Of a DNA stretch of 64,000 nt, positions 31,420 through 49,189 are shown one piece after another. The position numbers and the translations under genes were made by a program. Source of the stretch: the human T2T-CHM13v2.0 reference genome, Homo sapiens; the NCBI RefSeq assembly GCF_009914755.1, contig NC_060935.1; one strand, 5' to 3'. The notes beneath the pieces were generated by a model. It was not told the origin of the DNA. It saw nothing but the letters and a program-made list of their open reading frames with translations, and ran no database searches. How positions within the stretch are numbered: position 1 is the stretch's first letter; each line of letters opens with the position of its first letter.

Positions 31420-32671
31420 CAGTCATATGTTGCTTAATGATGGGAATAAGTGTGAGCAATGGATCATTAATTTTAGGCTATATGGTATAGCCTATTGCAT
31501 TTAGGCTGCAAACCTTTATAGCATGAATACTGTACATGCTGTACACTGAATACTGTGGGCAATTGAACACAATGGTAGGTATTTGTGTATCTAAGCATGT
31601 CTAAACATAGAAAAGGCACAGTAAAAATACAGTATAAAAGATAAAAAGCATACCTGCATAGGGCACTTACCACAGTGCTTGCAGGACTGGAAGTTGCTCT
31701 GGGTGTCAGTGAGTGGTGCATGAATGTGAAGAGTTAGCACATTACTGTATACAAGTGTAGACTTGGTAAACACTGTACACGTAGGCTACACTAAACTTTT
31801 TTTCTTCAGTAACCTTAGCTTGCTGTAACTTTTTTTGTTTTATAAACTTTCAGCTTCTTGATTCTTTTGTAATTACACTTAGCTTAAAACCCACATTATA
31901 CAGCTACACAAAAATATTTTCTTTATATCTTTACTCTACAAGCTTTTTTTGGTTAAAAATATTTGTTTTCCCTTAAAACTTTTTTTTTTTTAAATGGAGC
32001 CTAGGCCTACACAGGGTCAGGATCATTAATATCACTGTCTTTCATTTTCACATCGTCCCACTAGAAGGCCTTCAGGGGCAGTAACATGCATGGAGCTGTC
32101 ATCATTTATGATAACAATGCCTCCATCTTTAGTACTTCCTGAGGGACCTGCCTGAGGGTGTTTTTATAAGTAGAAGGAAAATACTGTAAAATAAAAAGTA
32201 TGGTGAATAAATCAGTAATAGTTGTTTATCATTTTCAAGTATTATGTACCATACCTAACTGTAAGTGCCTGTCAGTGCAGTGTGTTTGCCTACACCAGCA
32301 TCACCATAAACACATGAGTAATGTATTGCCCTATAGTGTTATGATGGCTGCGACATCACTAGGTGATAGAAATTTTTCAGCTTCACTAGCACACTGCAGC
32401 CTCAGTCTCCTAGGCCTAAGTGATCCTCCCGAGTAGCCTGCGCCACCATGCCTGGTTAATTTGTTTTATTGTTAGTAGAGACAAGGTCTCACTATGTTGC
32501 TGAGGCAGATCTTGAACTCCTGAGCTCAAGCAGTCCTCCTGCCTTGGCCTCCCAAAGTGCTAGAATTACAGGTGTGAGCCATTGCTCCTGGCTGTCATTA
32601 CAGTCTTATGAGACCACTGTTGTATATGCAGTCCATCACTGACTGACACATCATTATGTGGCCCATGACTG
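31420..32671. mobile_element. Tigger3-like (Golem) DNA transposon with nested AluJ fragment (~32385-32593)
   Basis: TA|cagtcatatgttgcttaatgatg ... cattatgtggcccatgactg|TA: TIRs with TA target duplication. Confidence 0.8.
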
Positions 32672-32883
32672 TATATGCATTCAGTGCTATAAATTTCCCT
32701 CTAAGTACTGCTTTTGTTGCATTCCACAAAGTTTGCTAAGTTATTTTCATTTTTATTTAATTCAAGAGAAATTTTAAAGTATTTTGATTTTGTTTTGACT
32801 TGTGTTATTTAGAGGTGTGTTTAATCTCCATGTATTTTAGAATTTTCCAGTTACCTTTCTGCTATTTCTATGTTATGTTATGA

Positions 32884-33161
<278 letters not shown>

Positions 33162-36100
33162 TCTGTTATTTCTAGTTTAATTCCATTGTGGTCTGAAAGC
33201 AGATATTGTATGATTTATATTATTTTAATTTTGTTAAGATGTGTTTTATGGCCCAGAATGTGTTTTATTTTGGTGAATGTTCCATGTGAGCTTGAGAAGA
33301 TGTGTATTATGTTGTTGGATAAAGTAGTCTCTAGATGGCTGTTGTGTCCAGTTGATTGATGGTATTGTTGAGTTCAACTATGTTCTTACTGACTTTCTGC
33401 CTGCTGGATTTGTCTATTCCTGATAGTAGGGTGTTGAAGTCTCTAATTATAACAGTGGATTCATCTTTCTGGTTGCAGTTCTATCAGTATTTGCCTCACA
33501 TAGTTTGATGCTGTATTGTTAGGAGCCTATACGTTAAGGATTGTTGCCTTTTTGGAGAATTGACTTCTTTATCATTATGTCATGCCATTTATCCCTGATA
33601 AGTTTATTGCTTGGAAGTCTGCTCTGTCTGACATTAGTATAGCTATTTTTGCTTTCTTTTGATTAGTGTTAGCATGATATATTTTTTATCAAACCACTTT
33701 CATTAATTTATGTGTCTTTATATTGAAAGTTGGTTTATTGTAGACAACATACAGTTGGGTCTTGTTTTTTGATCCACTCTGACAACATCTCTTTTAATTG
33801 ATGCATTTAGGCTATTGATGTTGAAAGTGATTTTTGATATAGTTGGATGAATATCTAATGTATTCGTTACTGTTTTTTGTTAGTTGCCCCTGTTATTCTT
33901 ACTTTTGTCTCCTCTCTTTCAGCCTCTTGTGATTCTGAGCATTTTATGACTGTTTTCTCTCCTTAGCATACCAGTTTTTTTTTTCTTTTTCACTTTTTTT
34001 AGTGATTGCTCTAATGTTTTTGCAAGTAATCCAAAGCCCATTTTGAAATAATGACATAATGCTACAGCACTTCACAGGTAGTGTGAGTACCTTATAACGT
34101 AATTCTGATTTCTCCCTCGTGTCCCTTATATCATTGATGTCATTCATTTCACTTATGTAAAGCATACATAAGCGTATATACATAAGATATATACATAAAC
34201 ATACATAATTAAACACGCTGGGGCTATTAATTTGAAAAAACTTAGATTAAGAATAAGAAAAATTTTATTTTACCATCATTTATTCCTTTGATGTGCTCTT
34301 CCTTTGTTATGAAGATCTGAGTTTCTCACTTACGTTTTTTTTTTTCTCTCTAAAGAACTTTTAAACATATTTTGCAAGGCAATTCTACTGGCAATAAGTT
34401 TTGTCAATTTTTGTTTGTCTGAAAAAGTGTTTCTCTTTCACTTTTGAAGGATAATTTTGTGGGATACAGAGTTCCAGGCTGGTGGTTTTTCTCTCTCCAC
34501 ACTTTAAATATTTCATTTCACTCTCTCCTTGCTTGCATGGTGTCTGAGAAATCAGGTGTAATTCCTGTCTTTGTTCCTCTATAGATGAGGTGCCCCCCGT
34601 CCACTTCTTTCAGGATTAAAAAAATATTTAATTTTCTGTAGTTTGACAGTGATATGCCTAGGTATAGTCTCAGTCTGTCTTTTTCTGTCTCTCCCTCTCG
34701 CTTGGGCATTTGTCCTGCTTGGAGCTTTCTGAGCTCTTGGATCTGTGGTTTGGTGTCTGACATGAGTTTGGGGGAAATTCTGAGTCATTACTGTTTGAAG
34801 CATTGCTTCTGTTTCTGTTCTCTTTCTGATATTCAGAAAGAACATCATGTGTATGTTCACTTTTTGTAGTTGTTCCATAGTCCTTGAAGTTCTGTTGTGT
34901 TGTTTTCAGTCAGGTTTGGAAGTTTTTATCAAGTTCAGAGATTCTTCCCTCAGCTGTGTCCAATCTAGTAATGAACCCATCAAAGGTATTAGTAATATGT
35001 GTTACAGTTCTTTTTGTTCTCTCGCATTTCTTTTCGGTTCTTTCTTAGGATTTCCATCTTATTATGTTGCTCATCTGTGCATGCTGCCTGTTTTATCTAT
35101 TAGAATCCCTAGCATATGAGTCACTGTTAGTTTAAATTACATTTCTGGCCTAATGCTTCCAACATCCCTGCCATGTCTGGTTATGATGCTTGCTCTGTCT
35201 CTTCAAATTATGTTTTTTGCTTTTAGTATGTCTTGTAATGTTTTTCATGATAGATACGATGTACCAGGTATTATAAAAAGAATTGCTGTAAATAGGCCTT
35301 TAGTGATGTTAGTGCTGTGGTGGTAAGGTGTGAGAGGGTGGGGGCTGTGAGGAAAGCATTCTTAAGACCTATAGTAGGTCTCAGTCTTTTTGTGAGCCTA
35401 TGCCTCCGGACTGTGAACTTTACAAATTCTTTTCAGTCTCTGCCTTCCCATCACCCCAACTTAAGTGGGAAAGGATGGCTAGAGTTGGGCATTTCCCTCC
35501 CCTCAGGTCAGTTAGGCTCAGATAAAACCCTAAGAGGCTTGACTTTCATTAACAAGGCCCACCCTCAGGAGAAACTAGTTAAGAACAGAGTGCTCAGGCA
35601 TATTTCAAAATGGTTCATTTTCCCCTTGTTTTGCTGAAAGCATGAGGGAATTTTTCTGATATTTACTGTGAGAACTTGGTTGAGCTCCTGGAGTAAAACT
35701 CATGAGTGTGGGGCTGCCTTATGAATGGGTCCTCCTGGAGTTTTTATTTCTCAGACTTGTCCACATTGAGGCTCCAGCAGGTTTTATCAATTACAGTTGA
35801 GGGTCTCTCACCCAGGCACTGCCTCCCCCAGTTGTTTCTGCTCATGACTCAGCTCAAGTAAGCTGTGATCCCTGTACTCACCTCTCTCTTTCCTGTGTTG
35901 GGGACTGTGGTTTGTCCTGTGTCGTCCATCTTTATCATGGATAAAAGAAGAGTTTTAAATTTTTTTTTCCAATCTGTTCAGCTTTTTACTTATTGTTATG
36001 ATGGAGTGATGACTTACAAGCTCCATCCATAGGGAACTGGATATCAGAAGTCTGACTCTTTTTTTTTTTTTTTTAAAGTCTTAAACGGCCTTTTCTGAAG

Positions 36101-36568
36101 ACTATTAGTGGAGAACATGAGATGGAGAACTTGTTAACTTCAGGAAGCACTGATGATTGAAAGAATGAAATCTCTTGGATGGAATTACTTTTGGGGTTGT
36201 CTATCCATTTCAGAGAGTTGTGATCTCCTGTCACTAAGGATGTGTACATTCAGCATCAGTGGGATCCATCAGAATCTTACTTGTATTGGCGCTGTTGAAA
36301 CACCCTGGCTTGATTTGCCTAAAAATAATTTGGAGAGTGGTTAGATTTGGGGAGGAGAGTTGAGGATGTAGAAGAGACAAAACTGGCTGTGACTTGGTAA
36401 TTGTTGAGGCTGAGTGAAAGTCTCTAACTTTTCTTTTGTATATTTTGAAATTTTTTATAATAAAAATAAGTAAAAACAATCTCACCTACCACCACCTATC
36501 ACCATTCTGGCTTTGCAGAAACAACGTGGTTCAGCCTAAAATCAGAGAAACAATGAGGTCTCTTTTGT

Positions 36569-39404
<2,836 letters not shown>

Positions 39405-39583
39405 TTAAAATTTTTTTTTTCTTTCCCTGTAGCTTATCTGGGCAGAGTTAGATATCATCTCTGTTATAGTATGCCTAATTTCTAAATAAGGAAATCACTA
39501 CAATCTTTGGCTACTTGTTTATTACTTGAAATTGATTTTATGATATTTGACTGAAACAGAAACATTTATAAAAATGACATTAG

Positions 39584-39881
39584 GGCTAGGCATGGTGGCT
39601 CACACCTGTAACTCAGCACTTTGGGAATCCAAGGCAGAAGGATTGCTTGAGGCCAGGAGTTCCAGACCAGCCTGGGCAAAACAGTGAGACCATGTCTCTG
39701 CAAAAGAAAAAGCAAACAACAGACTAGCCGTGCATGTTGGTGCAAGCCTGTAGTCCTAGCTACTTGAGAAGCTGAGATGGGGGAGGGTCACTTGAGTCCA
39801 GGGGTTCAAGGTTACAGTGAGCTATGATTGCACCACTACACTCCAGCCTCACTGAGGGAGCGGGGTGAGACCTCTTAAAAA
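39584..39881 (+). mobile_element. AluJ
   Basis: Sense Alu with J diagnostics (gtgagctatgattgcacc). Confidence 0.88.
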
Positions 39882-40228
39882 ATTAGATTTAATTTATTCC
39901 ATTTCATATAGAATGGATCTCTCATGGGAGACTACTTTCTATCTGTTGAGTTAAGTAGCCAATGCTAACTGTGGTGTTAATCCAAGTATTTCACTCAGCA
40001 TGGGATGTTTGGAGAAAGTGTCTGACATGTCATTTCTTTCTCCTGTGTTATTCATAGTAGGTAAGAGTGTCAAACTTATGTCTAGTTTAATTTCCGTCTA
40101 ATCTGATTCATAGATGAGAAATAGTTATACATTTAAAAATACTGAGGAAAATAGGAAAATGCTGCTTACTATTTTTAGTCTCCAAATTTGAGATATCTTA
40201 TTTTAACCTTTATCTTTTTGTTACAAAG

Positions 40229-40316
40229 AATCAATCCAGAAAAACTTATAGATGTCCAGAAAAAATTGGAATCTATTTTAGCTCAAGATCAAGATTTAAA
40301 AGAAAGAGCTCAAAGG
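40229..40316 (+). CDS. DDX10: DDX10 coding exon (~exon 11, 88 bp)
   Basis: ttacaaag|A and AGG|gtaagt; encodes INPEKLIDVQKKLESILAQDQDLKERAQR. Confidence 0.95.
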
Positions 40317-40452
40317 GTAAGTCATTTTTCAGTTGGATACTTTCATTGACTGGAAAAACAGTAAAGTTTATCATTTTCTGCTACTTCTAGGTTGCATGTT
40401 TATGCTTCAGATATTCAAGCAGTGTAATTTGCTGACAGATAAGTCTAGCTTA

Positions 40453-40746
<294 letters not shown>

Positions 40747-41655
40747 AGTCTAGCTTATTCTTTAAAATTTTGAAAAATATTTTTTATATATATGGATTGG
40801 GAAAAATCATCGTAAGTTTTTTCAAAGACATATGGAAAATCCTCTCAAATGTGATTTTTTGGATGCACAGTGGCCTGATTTCTAATACTTGATAACATTA
40901 TTAAGTTTTTATTTCTTTTGTAAAATTGCTATAACTCCTGATTGTACTTTCTTGACTGTGAGATTAATATCTTCCTACATTAGATTAAATTTCTAGAAAG
41001 CATAGAACTGCAGCCAAATTATCTTTAGGAATGAGATTTTAACTTACGTTTATGACTTGTTGTTCCCCAATTACTTTTCTGGACTTAAAGATCTTGATTA
41101 GCAAATACATAAAGAAGTCAATATTTAGTTTTATTTTTCTTAATTGATAAATTATATTTCTGGTATGTAACATGTTTTGAAACAAATATACATTGTGTAA
41201 TTGCTAAATGAAGCTAACTAGCATAGGTATTACCTCACATACTTGTGGTGAGAAATCTATTTTAGTTAAACTTTTTTTTTTTTAAAGTTTTTAGAATATT
41301 CCACAGTAGATTCTTCGGTAAAAGATGTGAAATTATTTTTCATTATGCTTTCCAATCTTTCTAATCTTTGAATTAACAGATATTTGAGTTCTTATCATTT
41401 TCACCTGTCCTTTATTGCCATTTATTGCATTTACAAGATCTTTGCATCTCCCATAGCATATCAGCAATGAGCCAGAGAGTAGGGATTCAGAGGTTGGATT
41501 CTATTTCAGCAGATAGATGAGGTGGGAGGAAGAATATAAAGAAGAGTTATAGAAAGGTCACCCTAAGTCGATAGGGTAGCCTGAGCAGAAAAACATTCAA
41601 TAGTTAGGGTTTTATGTAATGGTTTTGAAACTGTTATTCCTGGCAAAGAAGTAAG

Positions 41656-41961
<306 letters not shown>

Positions 41962-42227
41962 AGAAGTAAGTTTTATATAAAGAAGAGATCTTAAATTTTT
42001 TGCTAACTTATTTTATATTTTAGCAAATTATCATTGGTGTGCTTAGAATAACATTAATGATGAGGCTAAAATTTAAGTGCTTACTGTGTGCCAGGTACTT
42101 AGTTATGACAAAACTGTTTTACATGCGTTGTTACCTAATCTTCCAGACAACCAGTGAGGTAGGTGGTATTGATTTGACTGTACAAATGGGTAAATGCTAG
42201 CTTGAAAATTAAAAAATGTCTTGGATG

Positions 42228-42527
42228 GCTGGTTGGGGTGGCTCATGCCTATAATCCCAGCACTTTGGGAGGCTGAGGTGGGTGGATCACTTGAGGCTGG
42301 GAGTTTGAGACCAACCAGGCCAACAGGGTGAAACCCTGTCTCTACTAAAAACAATGACAAAAAAATTAGCTGGGTGTGGTGGTGCATGCCTGTAATGCCA
42401 GCTACTTGGGTGGCTGAGGCATGAGAATTCCTTGAACCCTGGAAGCAGAGGTTGTAGTGAGCCAAGATTGTGCCATTGCACTGCAGCTGGCCTACAGAGC
42501 GAGGCTCTGTCTCAAAAAAAAAAAAAA
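42228..42527 (+). mobile_element. AluS
   Basis: Sense full-length Alu with A-tail. Confidence 0.9.
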
Positions 42528-44146
42528 TTGTCTAGAGTAACATAGTTATTAAGTGGAAGACCTGAGACTGAACTCCAGGTCTAGCTTTCTTGAGATCTAC
42601 TGTGTTATATCAGGAGAAATTAATTCCAAAATATGAGAGCATCAAATGGTAAGCTATACCAAGTTGGACTTCTATAAGCTCACTTTACCTGAGAACCTTT
42701 TCATTAAAGGATCTTTGAACAAATGGTTAATATTCATTTTTCTTAAAAATGAATAGGCATGCAAACATGTACATTTTTTTTCTAGCAAACATCCTTCAAA
42801 CTTGCAGTTGAAACCTAGGAGCTTTGGAAGTAGTACACACATTTAAAAATATTAGATTAATTTTGGTATGTCATGACTTACTGCATGCCTAAGAGGTCAT
42901 TCAGTTATCTATCAGAAAATATGAAACATTGGAAAGATGTTTTTTCACTGGTTTGTGCATACAACGGATGAGCCTTCCAGAACACTGATTATAGAAAAGT
43001 ATGTTGAAATAAATGATGTGATTTATTGGTTGTCACGCATGGTTTAGCAGAATGGCTAACTGTGTTGCCAGCAGCAGCAAGCTATCTAGTTTCATAGAAG
43101 TGATTTTCTAGGTTTTGATTATAATCTGGATAGAACAAAAGTGATAAGCAACTGAGGTGATTGCTTGTGGATGATTGTAGGGGAAAAAATTATTTTTAAA
43201 CTGGTGCCATTCATTGTTTTTTATGCCTATGGAGACAGAAAATGGTTTGGAGATTAGTTGGGTAGAAAGGATTAGTGTAAAGCTAGATAAAACATGAAGT
43301 TTAGGAAGTATGCAAACAGGAACTAAATATACTTTACAAAAGTCAACTTAAAAAATTACCTAGATGAGTTTTGTTATCTGTGTATTTGACAAACTGATAA
43401 AGGATCAGGACCCTGTTTATATTCTGGTTTGTGTAACTCTAGTATGAAGATAGTTTTTTTTTTTTTTTTTTTTTAACAGAAACAAAATATTCCAAGTTAA
43501 TGATGAATTACTTGAAATCATAAAAAAGAAAAGCTTTAGCAATAAAGTTTTTCCTGAAATGGTTTTATTAAATCTCAATATGTAAAATTTTATTTAATTG
43601 AAAACCTTATCTTTTGATACAATAATACAAAATATTATCAATAACTAGCATTTGTTGTTACTATATTCCAGAAAATATGCTAGGTATCTACATGCATTCT
43701 TCTAATTTTATTCTCATAACACTCTAAGTAGAAGGTAATGTATCCCTTTTTTGATAGATGAGGATACTGACATGTAGAGAAACAAGAAATTTGCTCAGTG
43801 AGTAAGAGTTTAAGCTTTGAATAGATTCCAAATCTATATTATTCCAAAGCCTATATTTTCCCCATGGTGTACCTTATTGTAATGGAATTATACTGACTTT
43901 TAGAGTAGCCTTTTGGAAAGAAGATATTCTGGGTTAGGTTGGCTTGAAACCAAATGCAAAGTTTTTTTCTAATATTACAGTTCTAAAAGGTAGGTTTTCA
44001 TGTGTGCATGGAATGGAGATATACTGAACTATTTCGTGGTTTTTCAGTACTATTGAATTTATCCCATTGGCTAATTTTCTTATATTTTGGTCTAAACTCA
44101 TTTTTAATTTCTATTATATTGTACTTTTCAACCTCTTAATTTACAG

Positions 44147-44235
44147 TGTTTCGTCTCCTATGTACGATCTGTATATCTGATGAAGGATAAAGAAGTATTT
44201 GATGTGAGCAAGTTACCTATACCTGAATATGCCCT
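44147..44235 (+). CDS. DDX10: DDX10 coding exon (~exon 12, 89 bp)
   Basis: ttacag|TGT and CT|gtaagt; encodes CFVSYVRSVYLMKDKEVFDVSKLPIPEYAL. Confidence 0.95.
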
Positions 44236-44299
44236 GTAAGTATTCATAATATAGTTGTAATAGTGAATCCTCAAGGTTAGAGGGAATTAATTAATTAAT

Positions 44300-44417
44300 T
44301 TAGAGATGGGGTCTTGCTATGTTGCCCAGGCTGTCTCAAACCCCTGTGCTCCAGCAGTCCACCCACCTCAACTTCCTGAAGTGTTAGGACTACAGGCGTA
44401 AGCCACCACACCCGGCC
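44300..44417 (-). mobile_element. FLAM
   Basis: Single Alu monomer. Confidence 0.82.
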
Positions 44418-44956
44418 AGAGAGAATTTGTTTGAAACCTGGTTCTCTGAGATTCTTAGTTTAAGCCACTCTGCCTTACGTTAAAAGAATCTGTTTGTTAA
44501 AGATTCTCAGTGGAAAAGATGAAATTGACTTGGCAGAAAATTAGTTCAGTGTTCAGTTCTTGTTAATCAGGGAGCAGTTTATTATTTGTAAGTATAAATT
44601 CCTTAAAGTGACATTGGCCATTTCCTATAGTTTGATCTTAAAGGAGACAGAGAGCAACCAATAAGCATTCTTTGAAATCTTTAAGTGTCTATAGTTTTCT
44701 CGTTCTCTGAAACCCTTGCCTGGATTACCATAGACATTTTATGCTTTGAATGTGAGCCTCTTTGCTGATTCTTCTTATGTTAGGTTGTTTTCTTCAATTG
44801 CTTACTGCCTGAATATTCCTCCTGTCTTGGTGTTTCTTACAGGTACTCATAGTTACTATGGCAAGATGCTCCTTTTTAGTAACTGAGGTTACTATTGTAT
44901 GAAACAGAATGGCTGGTTTTGTTTTGGCTTAGTATTTGAGGGATTTTTTGGTGGGG

Positions 44957-45276
<320 letters not shown>

Positions 45277-47346
45277 TAAAGAAGGAATGTTTATTCTTCA
45301 GTGGGCTCTTACTGTGGGAGTGGTAAAAACATTGGCACAATCTTATAGAAGCACCTTTGAGATAATCATACTTTGAATATCAGCATGAAATTTCCCAGAC
45401 TATGGTGAAATATGTGATTACAAGGCAAGGTCTGTATGTTTGGCTTGCTCTTAGGAATTTGAGTGCCTTTACCTTTAAACTGAGTCTAACTACAACATAT
45501 ATCTAAGTGAGCTGTCGTTTTCTATTCTCTGTTAGATTGTATGTTTACCATAACAGGTAATATGTCAGTTATTACATTTTTGAACCTTTTAAATTGCTTT
45601 ATAGCAGTGTAGGGCTGCTGACTTTCCATTTAAGTGATAGATGGAAAGCCACATGCCATGGATAACATGTTGTTGTTTGCTCATATGTTTAAATACCAGT
45701 TCCTAGTTTTATTATTTCTGAATATGATCCATGGCTTAGGTTATTAGTGGACTTTTGGCTCCCTGTTAATTTTTATCATGGTTTTCTGATTTGACCTACC
45801 TTGATATTAGCAGATAGGAAAGGCACAGGTCTTTAACACTGTAGGCCATATTTAGGGGACCATTTGTTGCAATAGATTCCAGTAAATTTTATCTATTGGT
45901 AGTTGATGACTTTTGCTTTTTGTGATGCTTAGAGAAGGCAGAAAATTAACGTTGAGAACAAATTTTAGTATAGTTGAGTTTGGTATTTTAATTTTTTTAG
46001 ATATTTAGCTGTGTTGTTTCCTTGAGGTATGTAATTTCCTTTAGAAGCCTTTGATACCTAAAGCAGTGCTGTGTATGTAAGATATATTAAAGGTTTTAAA
46101 ATTTTACTAAAGAAACATGTTTTGAATACCTAATATGTGCAGGTCATTGTACTAGATGTTAAATTGTAGATGTATAAGATGTACTGCTGCCTTCAATAAA
46201 CTCAGTTTTGGTAGCTGAGAGAGACATAAAAATGTAAGTGCAATACATTGAGTGAAATTCTCTGGATGAGTTTGTGATCCTAACCCTAACAGTGGTGATG
46301 GTGATGACATCAAGTTCTCATTAGTTCCCTATATGCCAGGCACTAGTTTTAACAGCATTACATCTGTCAACTAATTTATTCTTACAACAACCCTGTGAGG
46401 TAGGTACTCTTAGCATCCCGTTTTGCAAATGGGAAAGCTCCGGTATGGAAAGATTAAATCATATTCGTAAGATCTCACAGCTAGTAAGTGGCAGCCAGAT
46501 TTTGAACCCCAGCAGTCTTATTTCTGAATCCATGCTTCTCAGCATTACATCTCTCAGTTTCTTTGAACCATGTCAGATAGGAAAAGAGCAGTGGGTCCAT
46601 GTTATGATGTTACTGTTTATTCAGAGCAATCCTTGATAAAATCTAAGATTTTATTTCCCTTCGATCATTGAGAACTTAATGAAGCTATTAGCTTTGATCC
46701 AAGCTGGGAAAGACATGATAATAAATTGAATATTGATCATTGATGGAGAAAACAATATTTTTTAATTTCTTTTTTTGGTGTTTGGTTTATAAAATCCATT
46801 TTTATAGCAATGATTGTGCCATATTCTCTTTTAGGAAGGGAGATGGGGACCACATTCCAGTTCTTTCTCTGTAGAGAACTGTTTTGTCCTTTCATGGTCA
46901 TGTCTTCTCTGGTTTATTTAGTACTTAACATTTTATGAGGTACTCTCATGTAGTTAGTTAATTGGATCCTTACAGCAACTGTGAGTTAGGCCTGGCAGGT
47001 ACTGTTATCCCCATGTTATAAGGAAGCTGAAGCTGAGAGGGTTGAATTGGAAATTGGCAGGTCTAGTACTTGAACTGTTATCTTGTTTCTGGTCCAGTGC
47101 TCTTTATCTTATTCCATGTTACCCTCTTAAAGAAAAAATAGTGTCTAAAATGTTTTCTGACAGGTGTTGAGTGTATTTTGCCTTACTTTTTGGATCAACT
47201 AACCTGTTAGTATTGAGTTGTATCTCACAGGAACATTTTCTTTAAAAAAGCTCTAGGAATCTCTGCTCTTGAGAAACTCTTCTATGACACCTATAAACAT
47301 ATCATCAGTGTTGAGATGACTGTTTTCACGTTTTTCCATATTTAAG

Positions 47347-47812
47347 GTCTCTTGGTCTTGCTGTGGCACCACGCGTAAGATTTCTTCAGAAAATGCAGAA
47401 ACAACCCACCAAAGAATTGGTAAGGAGCCAAGCCGATAAAGTAATTGAGCCAAGGGCTCCCTCCCTCACCAATGACGAAGTGGAAGAATTTAGAGCCTAC
47501 TTCAATGAGAAAATGTCCATCCTTCAAAAAGGTGGAAAAAGACTCGAAGGGACAGAGCACAGACAGGATAATGATACTGGTAATGAAGAACAGGAAGAAG
47601 AAGAAGACGATGAAGAAGAAATGGAAGAGAAACTGGCAAAAGCAAAAGGATCTCAAGCCCCATCTCTTCCTAACACCAGTGAGGCACAGAAGATCAAGGA
47701 AGTTCCTACACAGTTCTTGGACAGAGATGAGGAGGAAGAAGATGCTGATTTCTTGAAGGTGAAGCGGCATAATGTGTTTGGATTGGACCTTAAAGACGAG
47801 AAAACATTACAG
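47347..47812 (+). CDS. DDX10: DDX10 coding exon (~exon 13, 466 bp), acidic region
   Basis: tttaag|G and CAG|gtaagt; encodes SLGLAVAPRVRFLQ...EEQEEEEDDEEEMEE...DEKTLQ (ORF 47363-47887). Confidence 0.97.
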
Positions 47813-49189
47813 GTAAGTTTACTCCCAGTGGAGGGTCTTCTATTACATTGTCTTACTATATGCTTATTGTTGCCTTTTGGGGACTGAGAGAAAGTGAAAA
47901 CTAAGAAACTTAGACTGGGTTTCTTTGCAATGAACTCTTCCTCCTTTCCCCCATACTTAAACACAGAATAAGTGCCAATGAATTTTCATATTTTTCATAA
48001 CTTTGGGAGCTCTAAGAGGTTAACAACTTTAATCTTATTTACTGGTTTTCTGATGCTGTGTTTTAAAAGTTGCCAAAGTCCTGATTAAGTCTCAAAGGAA
48101 GGCAATGAAGTTTTTTGGTTTATGGCATGAGGATCCTTCGTTAAAATTCTTAAGATACTGCTTTCTGATTGATTAAATTATAAGGAACAGTTGTAATTAT
48201 TTAAATATAAGTTTTACTCTTAATGCGACATTTGTTTATGGGAACCAAGCCAGTGTCTTAAATAGAAATTGAACAGTTCTTTTTTAAAGGCTACTTATGA
48301 ATGTTTATGAAAAGTTTTCCTGTAAATCCTTTGTTTCTCCGTAGCCATCTTCTAGGAGGAACAAAAGAAATAATCCATTTAGATAAAGCACTTGTTTTCT
48401 AGGATGCTTTTGTAGGTGCACAGTAAATGTGTTTCCCCTTCTCCCTTATTCCCCTTCCTACTTCATATGCCTTTATTCTTGATCATCTTTTTAAAAGGGA
48501 ATTGAATAAAAAATGAAGCTTGATTCTTACTCTTTATACAATGTTGAATAAAATTTCAAGATTCACAGTAGGAAATACATAATAGATTTTGACTGTGAAA
48601 CTTAGAAGAGTGTTTCTTTAAGTAACTAAAAATTAAAAAAAAAACCTAGAAAATGTGCTTATTGAACACTTAATATGTGTTATGTGTTAGTCATTTTCTG
48701 AACATTATCTCATTTAGTGCTTGAAATAAAGGTCGTTACTACTATCTCATTATACAGGTGACGGAAAAAAAATAACTGTGGCACAGAAGCAATATAGTAC
48801 TGTAGTGAGGCACACAGGTAGTAAATGGCAAAGCTGGAATTTGAACATAGGTGTTCTGACTTTAATATTTATGCTCTTGTCCAATAATCCTGTACTGTCT
48901 CATCCTGCTTCAAATTAGATCATTTTAAGTCTGTAGTTAAGACTCATTTTATCAGCAAAGTAAATACAAGAAGTTAGATTTTCGTTTTAAATAATTTAGC
49001 CACTGTATTAACTATTATGTATATCACTTTCTAAGAATCATGAACATAACCAAAGCTTCAAATTAAGATGAGAAGGAATGATATAGTTTTATAATACCAT
49101 GAATTGTTCACGTAAGTAGGACATGTGTCTAAGTACTAATAGCTCATCTGGCATTTGAAAAATGTATATAGCAAAACAACTTTTTAAGC

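Noticed and set aside
47342-47964. Minus-strand and alternate-frame ORFs over exon 13
   Set aside because: Shadows of the purine-rich DDX10 exon; no independent support.
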